Source: Octopus sinensis
Lineage: Eukaryota
Length of the DNA stretch: 64,000 nt
Assembly (NCBI RefSeq): GCF_006345805.1
Contig: NC_043000.1
Location: 163,370,001 to 163,434,000 of the forward strand
Reading direction: 5' to 3'
Both the position numbers and the translations under genes were made by a program. Of the stretch, positions 56,333 through 64,000 are shown one piece after another. The notes under the pieces are model-generated. The model was not told the origin of the DNA. It ran no database searches and worked only from the letters and a program-made list of their open reading frames with translations. Numbering within the stretch: position 1 is the stretch's first letter; every line of letters starts with the position of its first letter.

Positions 56333-56540
56333 CAGCGAGCTGCAGAATCATTAGCACGCTAGACAAAATATTTAGTGGCATTTTGCCTGCCTTTACATTC
56401 TGAGGTCAAATTCCACCGAAGTCGACTTTGCCTTTCGTCTTTTCGGGGTCGATGAAATAAGTACCAGTTGTGCATTGGGGTCGATGCAATCGACTCCTCC
56501 CCTACAAAATATTCAGGCCTTGTACCTAATGCAGAAAGAA
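56333..56540 (+). mobile_element. SINE family 1, preceded by a partial diverged copy at ~56218-56330
   Basis: Family-1 core and tail followed by (CTA)n. Confidence 0.8.
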
Positions 56541-57712
56541 CTACTACTACTACTACTACTACTACTACAACTACTACTACAGTCTGACTCACCATCCGAC
56601 GCGTCACTTTGGAAGTAAACTTTTGTTGTAGTATTTGGAAATGCGTCGTGCAAACAACAATTATAAAGTGAGTTTTATCAAACTCGTCCATCTCTTCGTG
56701 TTCCTTTTCTTTCCTGGGCTAATCTCCGTTACTTTTCTTACTTTTTTTCATTGTATATTTTCACGAAACAACTAACTGAAAAAACTTTACTCACACTCAC
56801 TAGAGTGATCTTTGTTTCACACGATAATGTCCAAACATTGAAAATATGATATGCTTGTTTACAGTTAGTATATAAAATGTTTAAGCATTTTAATTGTTTG
56901 TAAAACAGTAATTGTAATTGAAAAGGAAAACATATTTTGAAAGAAGGGCAAAATGTTTACTGGTGTTAATTTTTTCTATTTTTCTTAAGTATTCGGTTAC
57001 TGAAAAATTTTACATGTTCTAGCATGTAAAACAATGTATCGGCTCTAAAAGTCATGTAACACTCTTGTTGGCTGAATTACTTATATAAACACCATACAAA
57101 AACGAATAAATCATAAAGTATGGTAAATAATTAGCGACGAAAACAGTATTAATATCAAAGGGAAAACATTATATTCAACTTAACGTGTGTGTCTTAGAAT
57201 ACTGAATACTGTGTTATTAAGTTTGAAAGATCCTCTTATACAGACGCTTGGAGTTTAAAAGCACACACGCACACACACACACATCATATCAGAGAAGAAC
57301 TGTCATGGGCGTCGGAGCTGGTGGGGGTCATGATGAAGACAACTACGACGACGATGGCGAAGACAACTACGACGATGATGAGGACGATACTGGTATTTTT
57401 TTTTTAAATAACTTTTAGATAATTTGAGGAAGACCGCAGGAATCGGAGAACTTAGCTCTGACATAAACCCAAATAAACCGAAGCATGTGTTAAGATCATT
57501 ATCGTCAACACAGTCGCTATATTCATGACGATGACGATGACGAGGAGGTGGAGGGGGAGGAGGAGGATTGATGATGACAACGACCATCACCATTGCCACC
57601 TTCGTCAACCTCAAAAATCTCGTCATCATCATCGTCATCATCATCATCATCATCATCATCGTCATCATCATCATTGTCGTCATCATCGTCGTCATCATCG
57701 TCATCGTCATCG

Positions 57713-57776
<64 letters not shown>

Positions 57777-58199
57777 CATCATCAGGAACGACAACAACAA
57801 AAGAGTATTTATTCATTAACCCTCTGTTCTCATGCACTAACAACCGCCAATAAGTAATTGTCCCCACAGTAATACTCTGGCCCGTCTCCGACTGAAAGAA
57901 ACAAAAGGCGGTAGGTGCGTCGAATTCAAACTAAAAACATTACAATATGGTCTATTGGTGGGGCTTAACAGACCATGTTAGTTAAAAAAAAAACATATTC
58001 ATATTTATCTTCATTCACGAAATGATCCTGTAGCAATTCAATGCCTTTTGTCTGGTTAGTTTCTTCAACTAAAATGAAATATTTTCGGTTCGTTACTTAA
58101 CAAAGGTGACATTCACGTGCGAGTCAATGTCGCCATTTAGAGGAATTAACTGCTGCAACTCAGTAAGGCATTTGTCTGTCAAACGTGTGTCCATATATA

Positions 58200-58323
<124 letters not shown>

Positions 58324-58385
58324 ATAGATAGATAGAGTGCATATAAATACACATACACACACATACATGTATACATACGTTATGC

Positions 58386-58434
<49 letters not shown>

Positions 58435-59042
58435 GAGAGAGAGAGAGAGCGATAGAAAGAGAGAGAGATAGAGTGACAGACAGACAGAGTGGCAGGCAGA
58501 CATTCAAACAGACAGATATATAAACAGACTAAGAGACTGAGAGAAGGAGAGGTAGACATATGCATGATAACAGATAGACAGCAATGATACTTCATAAATA
58601 AATATACTCATAAGCATATAAAGCCTAAATGCGCACAAAGTCCTTCTCCTTCGTTTGCTCAACCCTCACCACATCACTGAAATATATAGAAATAGAAAGT
58701 TATGGGAGTCAAGAGAAAGTGAGACTCGTTTTATAAAGGTAACTTAAAGAAGTATATTAAGAATTTACGTGCGAAATCGAGCATGTTACATTCTCTTCAA
58801 GCGGAAAACTTCAGAATTGAAATTGCTAGCTGAAAAATGTCGAATACAGATCAATGAAGACAGAGCGTGTTTATATAGGATTGTGTGTCTGTGTGTATTA
58901 TGTTGGTGAGTGCATGTGCGTGTGCTAGTGTGTTTGTGTTGTGTATGCTTGTGTGAATTTGTCTGTATATAGGTGCTAAAACACACACCTCATACGCGAG
59001 CGCACGTATATATGTATATGTATATATTTATAAATGCTTGTT

Positions 59043-59118
<76 letters not shown>

Positions 59119-59233
59119 TTGTGCGTATGCTTATGTTCTTTTCTGCAGTCGATTTATAATATACATATATTAATATGTATTTGCATGTGTGAGTGTATGT
59201 GTGTGTGTGTGTTGTTTGTATGTGAACGCATAC

Positions 59234-59280
<47 letters not shown>

Positions 59281-59303
59281 TATGTGTGTATGTATATATA
59301 TAT

Positions 59304-59443
59304 AAGTTCTTTCAGAGCACTGGTGAATATCTTAAGAGCGCACCAATACTGGGCCCTCTTATGTCCAAACTCATATGTTTGGACATAAGAGGACCCAGCA
59401 TTGGTGCGCTCTTAAGATATTCACCAGTGCTCTGAAAGAACTT
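59304..59443. repeat. 140-bp near-perfect hairpin (67-bp arms, 2 mismatches)
   Basis: aagttctttcagagcactggtg..atgtccaaac / tcatat / gtttggacat..caccagtgctctgaaagaactt. Confidence 0.95.
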
Positions 59444-60163
59444 CCAAAGGCTACAAAAGGAGTCTAGATTAGTGTCAGTATCCTTCTCGAGTGAAGTGTA
59501 CTTTGTTCAAGCAAGATACTCACATCATTCAAACATATGTAACAGAATTTGAACTAAGATATTCGAAACGAAACGGATCTGTTTAGAAGAGTCCAAAAAG
59601 CAAGTTCGGAAAATATACACGAACAATCTTGGTGTAACTGGTCATTAGTGAGTTCCTGTGGAAAATACTTTCTCTTCGCAATTATCGGCTACAGTAGAAT
59701 CCGGGATATTTCAATCCCTACCTCTGTCTAACGTTTTCTTTCTTTTTTCTTTTCTCTTTTATAATTTCATTTAATATTTTTGGCGGGAGACGGCGATTTA
59801 GCAAGTCAAGAAAACTGATGTATGTAAATCTATCATGTGTGTGTGTATGCATACATATATATGTATGTGTGTATATATATATAAGAAAAATGGAACTAAA
59901 AATTCCTGACAGATATCAAGTCAGCACTCAGTATAAAGGAATAAGTTTAAATTTCCAGCAAGTAGATACCAGTAAATGTCTGTAGAATACAAATCCTAGG
60001 TAAATCCTGGCGTAATTCAGGTAAATCCAACAATCCTTATGCAGAATTTTAAGGAATTTGGAGAATTAACAACAATCAAAAATACGTACGAAGAAAACCA
60101 TGTCTTTATTTTAGATCACACCTTAAAAATCAAATCCAAAACTTGTTTCAATTACGTTAACAT

Positions 60164-60210
<47 letters not shown>

Positions 60211-60282
60211 TACACACACACATACAACATGCACACATACCGCACACACACTCACACACACACACATATATATATATATGTA

Positions 60283-60333
<51 letters not shown>

Positions 60334-61677
60334 TATTAAAATTAATATGTACGAAAATTGTTAACACAATATTATCAAGGTAATCCAAATTGGCGAAATT
60401 CTAACAGAACATCTGAAAAAATTTAGCAAAACCTAACAGAAAGAAATGCCAAACCAAGAGCGACGTCATTGAATAACTAATTTAGTGTATAAAAATAAAA
60501 TATAAAAATACCATACTAGTTCCATATTTTTTGATAATTTGAAATCTTCTTTAAAAAATCTAACGGAGAAAACGAGTATAATTATCTACTAAAATTGATG
60601 ACGTCATTGAATATCTAAAGAACAAAAACCTCAGACAAGAATTCTACGTTATGCTTAATAGATAACTAAAGAATAAAAACTACAGATAATAATTGTATGT
60701 AATGCTTAATAGAAACATATACGTTACGTCGCAATAATTAATTACCTGTTTATTTTTTTACTATGATAAACCCTTCTATAAGAATTAACTTTATTTTATA
60801 ATAACTGAAGTATTATTATATTCGACAACATATGCAACTATTGAGGATCTCACTAGGTAGTTAAAAAATAAAAATTACAGAAAAGACAACCAAATATCTA
60901 TTTATTCATAGTGATAAACTCTTATATAGGAATTAACCTTATTATATGATAATAGAAAACTTATCATAATTCATAATAGTATATACAGTTATTGATGACT
61001 ACGCTAAATAACTAAAGAATAAAAATAACGGATGAGATAATTAAATACCCCTTTATTTTTACATCATACCCGTTTATAAGATTATTATACAATAATGCAA
61101 AAATTACTTCAATTAATAACATAAACAATTCTTGATGCTCTGGGTGGATAATTAAAAGAATAAAAATTATAGATAAGAATTCTACGTTATACTTAATCGA
61201 AGCTTAGATACTTTACATCGCTATAACTAATTACTTACTCGATATATTAAGCACATTAATAGAAATTAACCTGATTATATAAAAATTAATTTAAAAAATT
61301 ATTACAATTAATATTTGAACTATTTGAATGTCTTTCTAAATTTGTGGCAAAGTCTTAAAGTTAAGTGCCCATTTAATTCAATAAAATTAATTTAGAAGTA
61401 ATTATAAAATATAATTCTTCGAAGCAAAGATCACAAGTAGAATTACCAATATTATACGATGGTGCATATATGCATGTATGTATATATATGTTAATGCAAT
61501 AGTAACAGTTGTTGGATTTTTAAGGTGTGATCTGAAATAAAGATATAATTTTCTTTGCGTATACATATATATAAATATATATATATATATATTTGTATGT
61601 ATATATATATATATATATGTATGTATATGTATATGCATATATATATGCATCTGTATTTATATGATTTATATGTATAT

Positions 61678-61831
<154 letters not shown>

Positions 61832-62524
61832 TGTGCATATATATAAAAAGACACGTTTGTCAAACTTTTAGCAATTGAATCTAAGTCAACTTGTTGCTAC
61901 AAATTACCGCTGCAATATGTTTTCATTACTACTCTTTTCTTTCACTTCTACACTTATTTCATCGTACATGTACGTTTGTGTCTGTGCGTGTGTGTGTGTG
62001 TGTATGTGTGTGTGTGTGCGTGCGTGTGTGTGTGTGTGCGTGTGTGTGTGTAAGAAATCCCAAAACTGTCTTATAGAATAATATATAGTTAAGTGCCGGC
62101 CGACATGAAGAAGTGAGAATTACATAAGTCTGACAATTAATACGAGTGTATAAAGGTTTCTGTGTTAACTCAAGCTAGATAAATATTTTAATGTACCTGC
62201 TTACAAACAACGATGTACAACGACTAAAATAATTTAAATATAAACGGCATGTCTACTTATTCCAACTTACTCCCCACTCTCACACATTTACAGAGACACA
62301 CACAAAAACAAGTACATACATGCAAGCGTACCTACATGCATTTCAATTTTAGCTGCATTTGCATATCTTATATTGTTGCTCTAGACCTAATTTGTTTGTA
62401 TTTGTATATTGAGCCTTTTGCTAATCGTTTTACAGCTGAAGAATTTTTTCCTGTTATAATTGCCGAAAGGTCATACTTATAATTACTATAACAGCTTGTT
62501 GTTAAGTTTAAATTCCCTTTGCTA

Positions 62525-62735
62525 TATTGATTTCAAGTTTTGGCACAAGGCCAGCAATTTCGGGGGAGAGGTAAGTCGTTAACATCAACCCCAATGTTCA
62601 ACTGGTGCTTATTTCGTTAATCTTGGAAGGATGAAAGGCAAAGTCGATCCCGGAACCTGAAACTAGGAATGAGATGACGGACAAAATGCTGCTAAGCATT
62701 TTCCCCGGTTTGTTAACGATTCTGTCATCGCGCCG
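62525..62735 (-). mobile_element. SINE family 1 (diverged)
   Basis: ggatgaaaggcaaagtcga and gcaatttcgggggagaggtaagtcg motifs. Confidence 0.7.
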
Positions 62736-63011
62736 TCTTATTTCCCCTTCGTAATATCGGTTAAGGTGAAAGAGTAAGTCGATTACATCTGGTACTTAAT
62801 TTATCAATCCCGAAATGATGAAAGGCAAAGTCTCAGCCATGTGGGAGCACCATGATCTCAAGCGCAGACAAGAGGTACCCAAAATCTACGATGTATTCCC
62901 TGAATATCTGTGTTTATATAAGAGCGACTTCTAGAGATATGCTGAAGGGTACCTCACTCCCAGTGATCTCCAGCACAGCAGACACGAACCCTGAATTTCT
63001 GAAGGCCAATG

Positions 63012-63048
<37 letters not shown>

Positions 63049-63249
63049 ATTGACCTAGTGGCCAATTAAATAAGTAAAAGTAGATATCCCTAATTAAATT
63101 AATAGTTACAATTTAGTTAGGGTTTTAAATTAAAATATCTGCAGAATGTTTTTACAGATGTAAGCTCTTACAACAATTTGCCCACGCATTCATACACACA
63201 CAAAAAACATCAATCCAAGTAATAAGTAATATATACATACATATATATA

Positions 63250-63456
63250 AACATAGTTAATCCAAACAAGAAAGCACAAAAAAAAACAACAACGCGAGGA
63301 CGTGGAACAAATATAGTATTATTGGACGCTCAGGAAAGAAGAAAGAAGGATGATTTAATGTTTCGAGCGGAGCTCTTCGTTGGAAACATAGGAGAAGGAA
63401 AGATCCAGAGAAGGGAACACAGAGGGAAAAAAATCGCCAACTGTACACACGCGGTC

Positions 63457-63458
<2 letters not shown>
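63250..63458 (-). mobile_element. PLE-type terminal fragment with degenerate hammerhead
   Basis: Minus strand gttt-CCAACGA-a-gagc(ucc)gcuc-GAAA-catta at 63355-63387. Helix II intact, core mutated. Flanked by (TA)n. Confidence 0.5.
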
Positions 63459-63520
<62 letters not shown>

Positions 63521-63578
63521 CATGCATACATACATACATACATACATACATACATACATACATACATACATACATACA

Positions 63579-63891
63579 TACATAGGGGCTACCCAAAACG
63601 AAAGGAAGCGATTAGCCGCGCACCTACATACTTTCAGAAATAGAAATAAGTTTAGCTTGACCGGATTAAGTAAATATATTTGGGAGCTTAAAGATAATGA
63701 TATTAGTTTTGATTTAGAATGGAAATTCCTAGCCTCCGAATCTTCAAACAATGTAAAAAATAAGATATGTCACTTGTGCATCAATGGAAATCTTTCATAT
63801 TAAAGGCTAGAATACCGCAACTCAATGCTAGAGAAGAGCGAAATAAACCTGCCTGCACAAGGATAAATTTGCCTTCTCTAGATATAAATAA
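63579..63891 (+). pseudogene. Penelope-like GIY-YIG endonuclease 3' fragment
   Basis: [45 protein letters not shown]; homologous to the endonuclease at 20981-21310. Confidence 0.85.
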
Positions 63892-64000
63892 TTATAAGTA
63901 TCTAATACGCATCTTCCCCATTAAGGGAGAAGATGCACCCATAGTTCTTCACCATAGAAATAGTAGAATTCGATCCTGACTGTTTACTCCTTCTTATAAC

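Overview
AT-rich, microsatellite-saturated, repeat-dense eukaryotic (animal) DNA. The SINE, Penelope and microsatellite content looks to me like an octopus/cephalopod genome; that is inference, not verified. I find no convincing host protein-coding exon, and almost every ORF in the track is a microsatellite artefact. The dominant structure is a ~10.8 kb quasi-palindrome (16198-26985): two ~4.4 kb near-identical inverted arms around a 1.94 kb spacer. The spacer encodes the C-terminal half of a Penelope-like element (PLE) reverse transcriptase plus a GIY-YIG endonuclease on the minus strand, broken only by apparent 1-bp frameshifts. Each arm carries a minimal type I hammerhead ribozyme, a modular tandem array, nested older inverted repeats whose divergence is G.U-wobble compatible on the PLE sense strand, and ~1.1 kb of copied host flank. 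Further hammerhead motifs and fold-back PLE termini occur at 46.5-47.5 kb and 63.3 kb. The rest is decayed mariner, hAT, Helitron-like, RLE-type (R4/Dong-like) and RTE LINE fragments and several tRNA-type SINE families.
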